DNA of 64,000 bases from a virus. Positions 55,301 through 64,000 of the stretch are shown in pieces (the first letter of the stretch is position 1; every line of letters begins with the position of its first letter). The notes under the pieces were generated by a model, which was not told the DNA's origin, searched no databases, and worked only from the letters and a program-made list of their open reading frames with translations. Where the stretch lies: positions 1-64,000 of the IMG/VR virus record IMGVR_UViG_3300020045_002218. One strand, 5' to 3'. Made by a program: the position numbers and the translations under genes.

Positions 55301-55672
55301 ATGTATTCATTAAGTGAAAAATCAATAAACAGATTGGAAGGAGTTAATTCTTCCTTGGTTCAAGTAGTTAAAAGAGCTATAGAATTAACCACTATAGACT
55401 TTGGTGTTACTGAAGGATTAAGAACAGTAGAGAGACAAAAAGAATTATTTGCTACTGGTAAGTCTCAAACCATGAAATCTAAACATATTGTAGGTAGAGC
55501 TGTAGATTTAGTAGCTATGCCTAATGGTAGAGTATCTTGGGAATGGAAATACTATATTCATATTGCTACTGCTATGAAACAAGCTGCTAAAGAGTTAGGT
55601 GTAGATATTGAATGGGGTGGTGATTGGACTACTCTTAAAGATGGTGTTCACTTTCAATTAAAGGATAAATAA
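55301..55672 (+). CDS. Endolysin, peptidase M15 family (L-Ala-D-Glu type)
   Basis: EGLRTVERQ; SKHIVGRAVD; WGGDW..DGVHFQL. Confidence 0.92.
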   Translation: MYSLSEKSINRLEGVNSSLVQVVKRAIELTTIDFGVTEGLRTVERQKELFATGKSQTMKSKHIVGRAVDLVAMPNGRVSWEWKYYIHIATAMKQAAKELGVDIEWGGDWTTLKDGVHFQLKDK

Positions 55673-55848
55673 TGAGAATTACATTAGATTTTGAACATTC
55701 ACATGAGTTAATAGATTTACTTAAATCACTTGGTTCAAGTCTTAAAAAAGATGAACCATGTATAGAGTTACAAGAAACATATCCAAGAGAATTTGAAGAT
55801 TCTTTTTCTCCTTTAAATACATTTGGATATATGGATGACTTAACATGA
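55672..55848 (+). CDS. Hypothetical protein (58 aa)
   Basis: ATG overlaps endolysin stop (TAATG); read by hand. Confidence 0.5.
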   Translation: MRITLDFEHSHELIDLLKSLGSSLKKDEPCIELQETYPREFEDSFSPLNTFGYMDDLT

Positions 55849-56018
55849 ATACAAATACAGCAATTAAAATTTGTAGCAATCATCTTCAATGGAGTAAGAC
55901 AGGTAATCATATTAAATATGAAGAATTAAATACTACTTTATTTCAGATAGCTTTAGAACATTTAATTACTTTGGCTCAATCTGTTGAGAAAGAAGGTAAT
56001 GGACTAGGTGACAAGTGA
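55845..56018 (+). CDS. Hypothetical protein (57 aa)
   Basis: ATGA overlap with previous ORF; read by hand. Confidence 0.45.
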   Translation: MNTNTAIKICSNHLQWSKTGNHIKYEELNTTLFQIALEHLITLAQSVEKEGNGLGDK

Positions 56019-56337
56019 TTTGTAATCATGATTGGTTTAAAACTAATCAAACTAAAAGAGAGTGTAATAAGTGTTCTTGTACGGAATTTTTAATACATAA
56101 TATTTGGGTTAAAGGGGTAAATAATGGAAAATATTTTTTATAGATTTTACTGGTTTTCAAAAAAAAAAAAAAAGTTATATGTATATAAATAATCTACATG
56201 ATTTTATTATAGGGTAATTACCTGCTTAAAAAGCTTTTAATAAAAATTATAAATTATAAATAATGAACACACACACTATAATTTTCTGGAAGTAACTGGC
56301 TGAAAGCCAGTTACTAAATAATAAAATAGGAATATAA

Positions 56338-56568
56338 ATGAAAATATTTGATGTATTAAAAATAGGTAATAGCTTATCTGATCCTTCTTGGTGGAAGAAA
56401 GTTCAATCTTTTATTAACTTAATTTCTGGTACTGCACCATTAATTATTATTACTGTACCTATTACAAAAAATTTACTTACAGTAGATAACATACTGGCAC
56501 TTAGTTCAAGTGTTGCAGCTTTGAATGTTTATTTTACAGTAGCTACGTCTAAAAAAATAGGATTATGA
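56338..56568 (+). CDS. Putative holin
   Basis: 76 aa, two hydrophobic segments, basic C-terminus ATSKKIGL, near endolysin. Confidence 0.55.
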   Translation: MKIFDVLKIGNSLSDPSWWKKVQSFINLISGTAPLIIITVPITKNLLTVDNILALSSSVAALNVYFTVATSKKIGL

Positions 56569-57464
56569 ATCTTTTTTATATTTGCGGAAATACTGGTCAT
56601 ATCGTTAATTCTGATTTAGCTTGCAATATTTCAGATTTTCAAGGTAATACACTTGATGGAATAAGTGTAGAAGGTAATATTTTATGGATTATAGGTGATG
56701 ACTCTGATGGTAATTACTGTTTAAATGGTACAGTAAATCCATTAGGGATTGATTTAATAAATCCTATTAGATCTTTTCTCTGGAAATATACTGATATATG
56801 TAGCAATGGTATAAATGTCTGTGCTGTAGGATTACAAAATAATGATCCTATCGGATTATTTACTTTTACAATGGAAAGTTATCGATTAGAATCGTCTACA
56901 ACAAGTTGGAATAGTGTAGTGTATGGTAAAAATAAATTTATAACTGTTGGAATAAATATAGATAATAAATTAGAAATTGCAATAAGTTTAGATGGATTTA
57001 CTTATGATAGTTTTAATGAGATTACAGAAACATCTGTATTACCAAAAATAACTTTTGGTAATGATATTTTTATTATTTGTAGTAATGCTTTATATAAATC
57101 TATAGATGGTGATATTTGGGAAAGCATATATAATAATTTTACTTCATGGATAGATGTTAATTATAACAGTAATGGATTTTTAGCTATTAATGGTACACAA
57201 AGTGCTTCATCTATAGACGGTATTACTTGGGAAATACGCATATTACCTACAATATCTGGTGTAACATGGCAAAAATTAACATCTAACGGGGATGTTATTT
57301 GTATGAGTTTTTATGATGGTATACAGACTATGGTAGTAATTTTTTCACAAGATAATGGTGTAACATGGAGTAACTCACAAACACTTACAAATGTTAATGG
57401 TAATATATTTGCTTTACATTCAGCTAAATTTTGGAATCTTTTTAAACAATCTTATGAAACATGA
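56565..57464 (+). CDS. Beta-propeller (BNR/Asp-box repeat) putative virion or receptor-binding protein
   Basis: Repeated S.DG..W motifs (SIDGDIW, SIDGITW, SQDNGVTW). Confidence 0.6.
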   Translation: MNLFYICGNTGHIVNSDLACNISDFQGNTLDGISVEGNILWIIGDDSDGNYCLNGTVNPLGIDLINPIRSFLWKYTDICSNGINVCAVGLQNNDPIGLFTFTMESYRLESSTTSWNSVVYGKNKFITVGINIDNKLEIAISLDGFTYDSFNEITETSVLPKITFGNDIFIICSNALYKSIDGDIWESIYNNFTSWIDVNYNSNGFLAINGTQSASSIDGITWEIRILPTISGVTWQKLTSNGDVICMSFYDGIQTMVVIFSQDNGVTWSNSQTLTNVNGNIFALHSAKFWNLFKQSYET

Positions 57465-58153
57465 ACAATTTAACCTTAGAACAGTTTAAAGAAGTTTTAC
57501 CTAAGCATGTAAGAGGAAGTCTTACTCAAGAAATTGTAGATGAAATTAATACTAATATTACTGATCCTATTTTAGGTAAAGTATATAGAGATAATTTACT
57601 AAGTTATACTTCAGTAATGAATGAAGGTAGATTTAAAACTACTGATTACATTAATGCTGTTAGGTATGTCAGTAATAGGATGATGAGTGATAGTAATGTA
57701 TCCGCTTACTTAAAGACATTTCCTGATAAACATCAATGGTTTATTGAAGAGGGTACTTCTGCTAAAGATATTAGTAGTTATGTTGCTATGTTTGTTAAGG
57801 GTAAGTTAGTTCAAGCTATTATGGCACAAACTCTTACTCCCTTTCATATCTTAAATCAGGAATATCATCAGAAAGCTTTAAATGTTTTAGTTGAGTTAAT
57901 GTTTAATGCTAAATCTGAAAAAGTTAGATGTGATTCTGCAAAAAATGTTATGGATGCTCTTAAACCACCAGAAGATACTAAAATAGAAATTAATGTTGGT
58001 TTAAAAGAAGATAGTAAATTACAAGAAATAAAACAATATATGCTAGAATTAGCAGCATTACAACATAGAAACATAGAGCTAGGAATTACCTCTGCTAAAG
58101 AAGTTGCTCACAGTACATTAACTGTTATTGAAGGTGAGTTTACAGATATTTAA
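57461..58153 (+). CDS. N4 gp69-like protein (putative terminase small subunit)
   Basis: YINAVRYVS...AY.KTFP; AKSEKVRCDSA..LKPPE. Confidence 0.75.
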   Translation: MNNLTLEQFKEVLPKHVRGSLTQEIVDEINTNITDPILGKVYRDNLLSYTSVMNEGRFKTTDYINAVRYVSNRMMSDSNVSAYLKTFPDKHQWFIEEGTSAKDISSYVAMFVKGKLVQAIMAQTLTPFHILNQEYHQKALNVLVELMFNAKSEKVRCDSAKNVMDALKPPEDTKIEINVGLKEDSKLQEIKQYMLELAALQHRNIELGITSAKEVAHSTLTVIEGEFTDI

Positions 58154-58191
58154 TATTATGATAGTCTATATTTATTTTCAAAGGAATTAGT

Positions 58192-58557
58192 ATGGCAACT
58201 GATTTAAAAGATTTTAGACGTGGTGATACATTTCTTTTAAAATTTAATTTTGGAACTGGAATAAACATTACTGATTGGAATATTACATTTTCTTTAAGAG
58301 ATACTTTTACTTCAGCTTTAGTTACATCAGTTAAACGTACTGCTGGTGATTATCCATTAGATGAAGTATTAAATGGCATTTTTTATTACTTTTATGATTC
58401 AGAATCTTCTCAATTATTAGTACCTAAAAAGTATAAATATGATTTACAATTAGTAATTCCTGGTATACATAAACAAGTTCATACATTACTTCCTAAAGAT
58501 GAAAATTATAATGAACCCTTAATAATACTTCCTGATGTTACTTGGATTGATATATAA
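58192..58557 (+). CDS. BppU-like Ig-fold structural protein
   Basis: RGDTF...YKYDLQL...PDVT. Confidence 0.55.
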   Translation: MATDLKDFRRGDTFLLKFNFGTGINITDWNITFSLRDTFTSALVTSVKRTAGDYPLDEVLNGIFYYFYDSESSQLLVPKKYKYDLQLVIPGIHKQVHTLLPKDENYNEPLIILPDVTWIDI

Positions 58558-59033
58558 TGGATAATTATACTGTTGAGTATGTTGATATAGTTCCTATTAA
58601 TGTAAATGAAGGTACTCAATCTTTTATTTTTGAAGAAATTCAAACATTTAATATTATTCCTACAGAAACTTTAGTCGTAAATAACGGTTCAATATCAATA
58701 AATTCTTTTAAGCAAATAGCTATAAGAGATATTGGAGGATTAAGAGTTTTACTTGCAGATCAATCTTATGCAGATCAATCAGATATTTCTTCTTACGGAA
58801 AAGTTATTGGATTTTCTAAAGGAGCAGTAGTTACAGGAGATTTATTAGAAATAGTAACTGCTTCTAAATTAGATGGATTTACAGGACTTATTCCTAATGG
58901 ACAAATATATCTTGATTTAAATGGATTAATTACTCAAACAGTTCCTATATCAGGATTTATACAACAATTAGGTGTTGCTTTAACATCTACAACTATTTTG
59001 GTAAATATAAATTTACCTTTTTTACTTTCTTAA
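58557..59033 (+). CDS. Putative capsid cement/decoration-like protein
   Basis: GLIPNGQIYL..NG.ITQT.P..GFIQQLGVA. Confidence 0.5.
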   Translation: MDNYTVEYVDIVPINVNEGTQSFIFEEIQTFNIIPTETLVVNNGSISINSFKQIAIRDIGGLRVLLADQSYADQSDISSYGKVIGFSKGAVVTGDLLEIVTASKLDGFTGLIPNGQIYLDLNGLITQTVPISGFIQQLGVALTSTTILVNINLPFLLS

Positions 59034-59042
59034 GGATTTCAA

Positions 59043-59639
59043 ATGGCAGTTAATAAATATTTTACAAATAATGCAGGTGTACTTACAGAAGTAATTGCTC
59101 CTACTACATCTACTGGTGCAGGTGATTCAGGTAAAATTGTAGCTCTTAATGCTTCAGGTATTTTAGATCCAACTATTGTAAATAGTAAAACAACTTCAGC
59201 AGGTGCAGGTGACAGTGGTAAATTACCTGCATTAGATGGATCAGGTAAATTAGATACCTCATTTATGCCTACAGGTATTGGTGCAGATACAGCTTCAATT
59301 GCTACTTCAGAAACTTTAGCAGCAGGAGATTTAATTAATGTTTGGAACAATGCTGGCACAGCAGCTGTACGAAAAGCTGATGCTACCACTTCTGGGAAGG
59401 AAGCACATGGATTTGTTCTTGCAGCATTTACTCATCCTACAAATGCTACAGTATATTTTGAAGGTTCAAATTCAGCTAAAACTGGATTGACTCCAGGTAA
59501 GCAATTTTTATCTACTACAGCAGGTGGATGTACGACTACTGCCCCAGAAGGATCAGGCAACGTGGTTCAGAGAGTCGGATTTGCTACCAGCGCGACATCG
59601 ATAAACTTTCAATCAAACGAGCCATTGACACTAGCATAA
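59043..59639 (+). CDS. Putative decoration/fibre protein
   Basis: Twice-repeated TS.GAGDSGK..AL..SG.LD; RKADA..AHGFVL; GLTPGKQFLSTTAG. Confidence 0.6.
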   Translation: MAVNKYFTNNAGVLTEVIAPTTSTGAGDSGKIVALNASGILDPTIVNSKTTSAGAGDSGKLPALDGSGKLDTSFMPTGIGADTASIATSETLAAGDLINVWNNAGTAAVRKADATTSGKEAHGFVLAAFTHPTNATVYFEGSNSAKTGLTPGKQFLSTTAGGCTTTAPEGSGNVVQRVGFATSATSINFQSNEPLTLA

Positions 59640-59643
59640 TCCG

Positions 59644-60237
59644 ATGGCAGATAGAAAGCCTATTGTAAATTCAAATGGAACAAAGTCAGAGTTGTCTTTG
59701 GGCGATTATATGGATTTGTTTGGCTTAAAGTTACGCAATACAGCCAACACGTTTAGCTCTACATTCGTTAGCGCAGCAACCGCAAACCGCACAATCACAA
59801 TACCCGACAAAGATTTCACAATTGCTGGGCTGGATGATTTAACGGCTTTAGCGAGCATGTTAAACCCCGTCGGTACTATACGAGAGTTTAGCGTATCGAC
59901 GAATCCCGCGTCTTTGCTTGGGTTTGGGACGTGGACGGAATTTGGAACAGGAAGAGTCACAGTCGCAATTGACGCTGGACAAGTCGAATTTGACACGAAT
60001 GGCGAAACGGGCGGTGAGAAAGCTCATTTATTGACTAGCGCGGAAAGCGGTGTTCCCGCCCATACACATTCTATTGCTAATGTTGGTCTAGTGTCAGGCA
60101 GTCAATATGCAGGAGGAGCAAGCATTTCGCAAACTGGCAGTAGAATTACTGCAGCGAATACCGCAGCTAATGCGGCATCGGCACATAATAACTTGCAGCC
60201 GTATATCGTTGTTTATCGCTGGGTAAGAACGGCTTAA
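59644..60237 (+). CDS. Tail fibre/baseplate (T4 gp10/gp12 C-terminal-like) protein
   Basis: PVGTI..NPASLLGFGTW..GRVTV; GGEKAH.LT..E.PAHTH; HNNLQPYIVVYRWVRTA. Confidence 0.75.
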   Translation: MADRKPIVNSNGTKSELSLGDYMDLFGLKLRNTANTFSSTFVSAATANRTITIPDKDFTIAGLDDLTALASMLNPVGTIREFSVSTNPASLLGFGTWTEFGTGRVTVAIDAGQVEFDTNGETGGEKAHLLTSAESGVPAHTHSIANVGLVSGSQYAGGASISQTGSRITAANTAANAASAHNNLQPYIVVYRWVRTA

Positions 60238-60578
60238 CTCTCCATCGTTCAGATTCAACTATTGAAATTGAGGCAATAGTTACACTAAGTTCAAGTACTA
60301 TTGTAAACATAATAAGTGGTTTGTTTACAAATTTAAGTTCTGATGCTATAAGTGTTGGATATTTAACTGTAGAAGGAGTAAACCGAATAGAACAATGTAC
60401 ATTAAAAGGTATTATTCCAGCAAATACACATGGAACTAATACTATAAATCTTTCAGTGATGTCTGGCGGATATTCTGTAAGCACAACGTACTTTAATAGA
60501 CGTTTTTCAGATAGTGCAACAGTGCCTATGTTTGGTGGACTTCTAGCAAGTACAATCATAGTACGAGAATATGTATAA
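60238..60578 (+). pseudogene. Orphan 3' gene fragment (open frame with no plausible start)
   Basis: Frame open 60192-60578 with no ATG/SD near its 5' end; beta-rich fibre-like C-terminus; begins at a GC-to-AT switch. Confidence 0.45.
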
Positions 60579-60603
60579 CTATAATTAAGTAGAATATATT
60601 TAT

Positions 60604-60957
60604 ATGATAGAACCAATTTCAGTAATTTCAGAAGCAAAAGACGGTTATCAATTATCTTTAGGTATGCTAACAATTCTAATATTAGGATTTTCTTGGTTTA
60701 TTATTAAATATTTTGAAATTACAAAAAATCAAGATATTAAAGATACTGAGAATAATATAAGAATTGATAAAATTAATAAAGAGCATACTGATCAAGTTGA
60801 TAAAATTCATTTAGAACATAGCAATAGGATAGAAAGATTAATTGAATCACATAGAGCAGAAGTTTCCACTACTCTTGATAAACTTACTTCTACACTACAT
60901 GACTTACATATTGCACTTGAAAAACGTGTAGTTTCATTTAGAAATAATGAATCCTAA
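60604..60957 (+). CDS. Membrane protein (holin/antiholin-like)
   Basis: One TM segment followed by a charged coiled coil. Confidence 0.5.
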   Translation: MIEPISVISEAKDGYQLSLGMLTILILGFSWFIIKYFEITKNQDIKDTENNIRIDKINKEHTDQVDKIHLEHSNRIERLIESHRAEVSTTLDKLTSTLHDLHIALEKRVVSFRNNES

Positions 60958-62527
60958 AACAGTTGTAGAATATTTAAATAATATTTCATATAAAGAAGAT
61001 ACTAATTATGTACCTTCTTTATTTGCACTTGAATTTATTAATTTTATTAAGCTTGTTAATGGTGAGACAGGAGAAGAACACAAAACTCCTGTAATTCATT
61101 TTAAGATGTTAGATACAATCCAAGGTAAAGAAACAGATATTATCAATATGCTATTTAGAGGTAGTGCTAAAACTACGATAATGGCTGAGTATTTAATTCT
61201 TTATATTGGTACTTATGGTTCAATACCTAATTTTGGTAAAATATCTTTAGGGCTTTATGTTTCAGATTCCATTGAAAATGGTGTTAAAAACATGAGAAAG
61301 AACTTAGAGTATAGGTGGCAAAATAGTTCTTTCTTACAGGAATACATACCTTCTACAAGGTTTACAGATGTAAGGTGGGAGTTTGTTAATGCTGATGGAA
61401 TACAAACTGTATTCAAAGGATACGGTGCAAAAACGGGAGTGAGAGGAGCTAAGGAAATGGGTCAAAGACCTTACTTAGCAATATTAGATGACTTAGTTTC
61501 AGATGAAGATGCAAGGTCAGTAACAGTTATTGCAAGCATAGAAGATACTGTTTATAAAGCTATCGACTATGCACTACACCCAACTAGAAGAAAAGTAGTT
61601 TGGAACGGTACACCATTTAATTCAAGAGATCCTTTATACAAAGCAGTAGAATCTGGTGCATGGAAAGTAAATGTATTTCCTGTGTGTGAACATTTTCCCT
61701 GTACCAAAGAAGAGTTTAATGGTGCATGGGAAGATAGGTTTACTTATGAATATGTTCAAGAGAAATATATTAAAGCACTTAAAGCAGGAAAAATAGATAC
61801 ATTTAACCAAGAATTAATGTTAAGGATTATGAGTGATGAAGATAGGCTTATTACTGATTCAGATATTAGATGGTTTAAAAGAGAATCGGTATTAAAGAAT
61901 AAAGGAATATTTAATTTCTATATTACAACTGACTTTGCAACAAGTGAAAAGACTTCTGCTGACTTTAGTGTTATCTCTGTATGGGCTTATAATGCTAATG
62001 GTGACTGGTTCTGGGTTGATGGAATATGTAAGAAACAAACTATGGAAAAGAATGTAGATGAATTATTTCGTTTATCTCAAATGTATAAACCACAACAAGT
62101 AGGTATAGAAGTTACAGGTCAACAAGGAGGATTCATTCAATGGATTGAAGGAGAAATGATGAATAGAAATATTTGGTTTACTATTGCTAGTGATAATAAT
62201 TCTTCTAAACCTGGAATAAGACCTAACACTAACAAAATGCAGAGATTCAATATTGTTGTACCTTGGTTTAAGACTCATAAGATTTACTTTCCAGAAGAGT
62301 TAAAACTAGAACCAGCAATAGTAGAGTGTATGGATGAATTAAAATTAGCTAGTGCTGGAGGATTCAAATCTAAACATGATGACTTTATAGATACTATTAG
62401 TATGCTTAGTTCAATAACTCCTTGGAAACCAAGTCAAGATATTCCTGTTAAAGATACTACACAAACTTCTATATGGGAACTTGACATACCAGAAGAAAGA
62501 AACTACATTAGCTCATATATTGTATAA
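60947..62527 (+). CDS. terL: Terminase large subunit (N4 gp68-like)
   Basis: FRGSAKTT Walker A; ILDDL Walker B; GTPF; TTDFATS..ADFS; KHDDFIDTIS. Confidence 0.95.
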   Translation: MNPKTVVEYLNNISYKEDTNYVPSLFALEFINFIKLVNGETGEEHKTPVIHFKMLDTIQGKETDIINMLFRGSAKTTIMAEYLILYIGTYGSIPNFGKISLGLYVSDSIENGVKNMRKNLEYRWQNSSFLQEYIPSTRFTDVRWEFVNADGIQTVFKGYGAKTGVRGAKEMGQRPYLAILDDLVSDEDARSVTVIASIEDTVYKAIDYALHPTRRKVVWNGTPFNSRDPLYKAVESGAWKVNVFPVCEHFPCTKEEFNGAWEDRFTYEYVQEKYIKALKAGKIDTFNQELMLRIMSDEDRLITDSDIRWFKRESVLKNKGIFNFYITTDFATSEKTSADFSVISVWAYNANGDWFWVDGICKKQTMEKNVDELFRLSQMYKPQQVGIEVTGQQGGFIQWIEGEMMNRNIWFTIASDNNSSKPGIRPNTNKMQRFNIVVPWFKTHKIYFPEELKLEPAIVECMDELKLASAGGFKSKHDDFIDTISMLSSITPWKPSQDIPVKDTTQTSIWELDIPEERNYISSYIV

Positions 62528-62536
62528 GGAATATAA

Positions 62537-63166
62537 ATGTTAGTTAGTGATTTTTTAAATATTGTTAAATCAGGTAATTTATCTGAAACTAAAGTTACAG
62601 ATGCTAGTCTTCTTAATTTTTTAAACTTAGGTTTAAATGAATTATATGGTAAATATAGTCTTAATATAAAAGAAGAAAATTATGTTTTAACTTCAGATAC
62701 AGAATATGATTTACCAGATGATTTTATTTCATGTATTAAAGTAACATCCCCTTCTGAATATCATAGAGATACTAATGGTAATATAGCTAAACTATCAGAT
62801 TCGTTATTTGAATTATCTATTAATGTGTATGGTGATTGGAATAGTTTATTAATTACTGAATTTGGTATGTTAAAAATAGATAAGCCTATTGTAGGACAAT
62901 CTATTAGATTAATTTATAAAGCATCTCCAAAACAACTTACATCTTCTAATTTAACTTCTAAACTTAAAATAGGTAATCAATACTTAGAAGCATTATCTAT
63001 GTATATGACTTATCTTGGATTTATGCAGAATGGTGGTGGTACTCAAGGAGATTCAAATACTTATCTTAATAGATATGTAATGGCTTGTAATAATTTAGAA
63101 ACTAATGGAGATACAAGTAAAATATCTAATGTAAATAATAAATTTAATGAAAGAGGATTTGTATAA
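62537..63166 (+). CDS. N4 gp67-like head-tail adaptor
   Basis: FLNLGLNELY...YLEAL.MY...NNKFNERGFV; position after terL. Confidence 0.7.
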   Translation: MLVSDFLNIVKSGNLSETKVTDASLLNFLNLGLNELYGKYSLNIKEENYVLTSDTEYDLPDDFISCIKVTSPSEYHRDTNGNIAKLSDSLFELSINVYGDWNSLLITEFGMLKIDKPIVGQSIRLIYKASPKQLTSSNLTSKLKIGNQYLEALSMYMTYLGFMQNGGGTQGDSNTYLNRYVMACNNLETNGDTSKISNVNNKFNERGFV

Positions 63167-64000
63167 TGCCAACTCCAGAAGATTATGCTTTATCTGCTGC
63201 ATCCTCTGCTAATGATGCTTTATTAAGTGCATTATTAGCTACTGCTAAATCTGTTCTTACAAGTGAAGATCAGGTAGCTGCTGCTCAGTGGGCTGCTGAT
63301 GCTTATACTTATATGCTTAATTGTCAAAATGGCGTAAGTATTGTAAATAATAATTCTTCTATTGAAGCTACTATATTAGCTTTAGCTACAGATTTTGCTA
63401 CAAAGTACCTTGGCTCACATTCTACTGCCCCTGTATCAGCACAAATTGGAGCACAATATTGGAATAGTACAGATATAACAATGTATACTTGGGATGGTAC
63501 ATCTTGGATAATTCCTAGATCTTTATTTGATGGAAATATTAATGCAGGAACATCAAGTGTTTCTGAAGGTAAAGTTCAATTACGAAGAGATTTAGCAGGT
63601 TTATGGACAGTATCTAATCCTATATTATCTATAGGTGAGTTAGGTATTGAAACAGATACTGGATTTATAAAGATAGGTGATGGAGCATCTCCTTGGGTAG
63701 ATTTGCTATATTCAGGATCTCCTAAAAGTGTTATTACAGGAATTGAAAATGTAAATAATACTTCTGATGTTAATAAACCTGTATCTACTTTACAAGCTAC
63801 TGCTATTCAAACAGCTTTAAATACTGCTAAAGCATATACAGATACTTCTAGGTTAGGACATTTAATTGATGTAGGTGAATATTCTGTAGCAATATCTAAT
63901 GCTTATCCTATATCAGGAGGTTCAGGTATTTCAGGAACTATTCTAAAAGGAAATGTATTTAATTGCACTGGTTCAGGTACTATTAACTCTTTATCTATAA
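63166..64000 (+). CDS. Tail fibre protein, partial (runs off window)
   Basis: Hand translation MPTPEDY...VQLRRD..W..SNPIL..GELGIETDTG..KIGDG..W..L.Y (Mtd-N/hyaluronidase-like)...NVNNTSDVNKPVST; open to the window end. Confidence 0.8.
   Translation, partial: MPTPEDYALSAASSANDALLSALLATAKSVLTSEDQVAAAQWAADAYTYMLNCQNGVSIVNNNSSIEATILALATDFATKYLGSHSTAPVSAQIGAQYWNSTDITMYTWDGTSWIIPRSLFDGNINAGTSSVSEGKVQLRRDLAGLWTVSNPILSIGELGIETDTGFIKIGDGASPWVDLLYSGSPKSVITGIENVNNTSDVNKPVSTLQATAIQTALNTAKAYTDTSRLGHLIDVGEYSVAISNAYPISGGSGISGTILKGNVFNCTGSGTINSLSI

Noticed and set aside
56120-56175. A15 homopolymer as a phase-variation switch
   Set aside because: No convincing ORF is restored; cannot be told apart from AT-rich spacer or homopolymer error without reads
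1-64000. CRISPR array, reverse transcriptase/DGR, integrase, intein, rRNA
   Set aside because: No regularly spaced repeats, YxDD RT, recombinase or intein motifs seen; repeats are dispersed regulatory motifs
1-64000. Stop-codon reassignment
   Set aside because: Core genes are full length in the standard code and coding density is high

Overview
AT-rich, circularly permuted segment of an N4-like phage (Schitoviridae) genome, identified from a giant virion RNA polymerase, two-subunit RNAP II, N4-type primase/SSB/ATPase/nuclease cluster and terminase. Late genes run on + (1-22.5 kb and 55.3-64 kb). Early/middle genes run on - (55.0 to 22.5 kb). The genome-end junction probably lies near 55.0-55.3 kb; portal and major capsid genes fall outside the window. 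Main oddities: (1) the 4469-aa vRNAP carries an in-frame Dda/RecD-like SF1B helicase, an N-terminal SNase-like domain and a zincin HExxH domain, while no stand-alone Dda-like helicase is visible in the replication region; (2) its motif B has Phe at the position of T7 RNAP Y639; (3) the family A DNA polymerase is split in the thumb into two separately translated genes about 1.4 kb apart, with no visible intron or intein; (4) there are two families of phage-specific promoter-like repeats and many structured non-coding elements (a group I intron core with no obvious 3' exon, repeated pseudoknots, kissing-loop leaders, a tRNA-like RNA). All protein calls come from motif recognition and gene order by eye; no searches were run.
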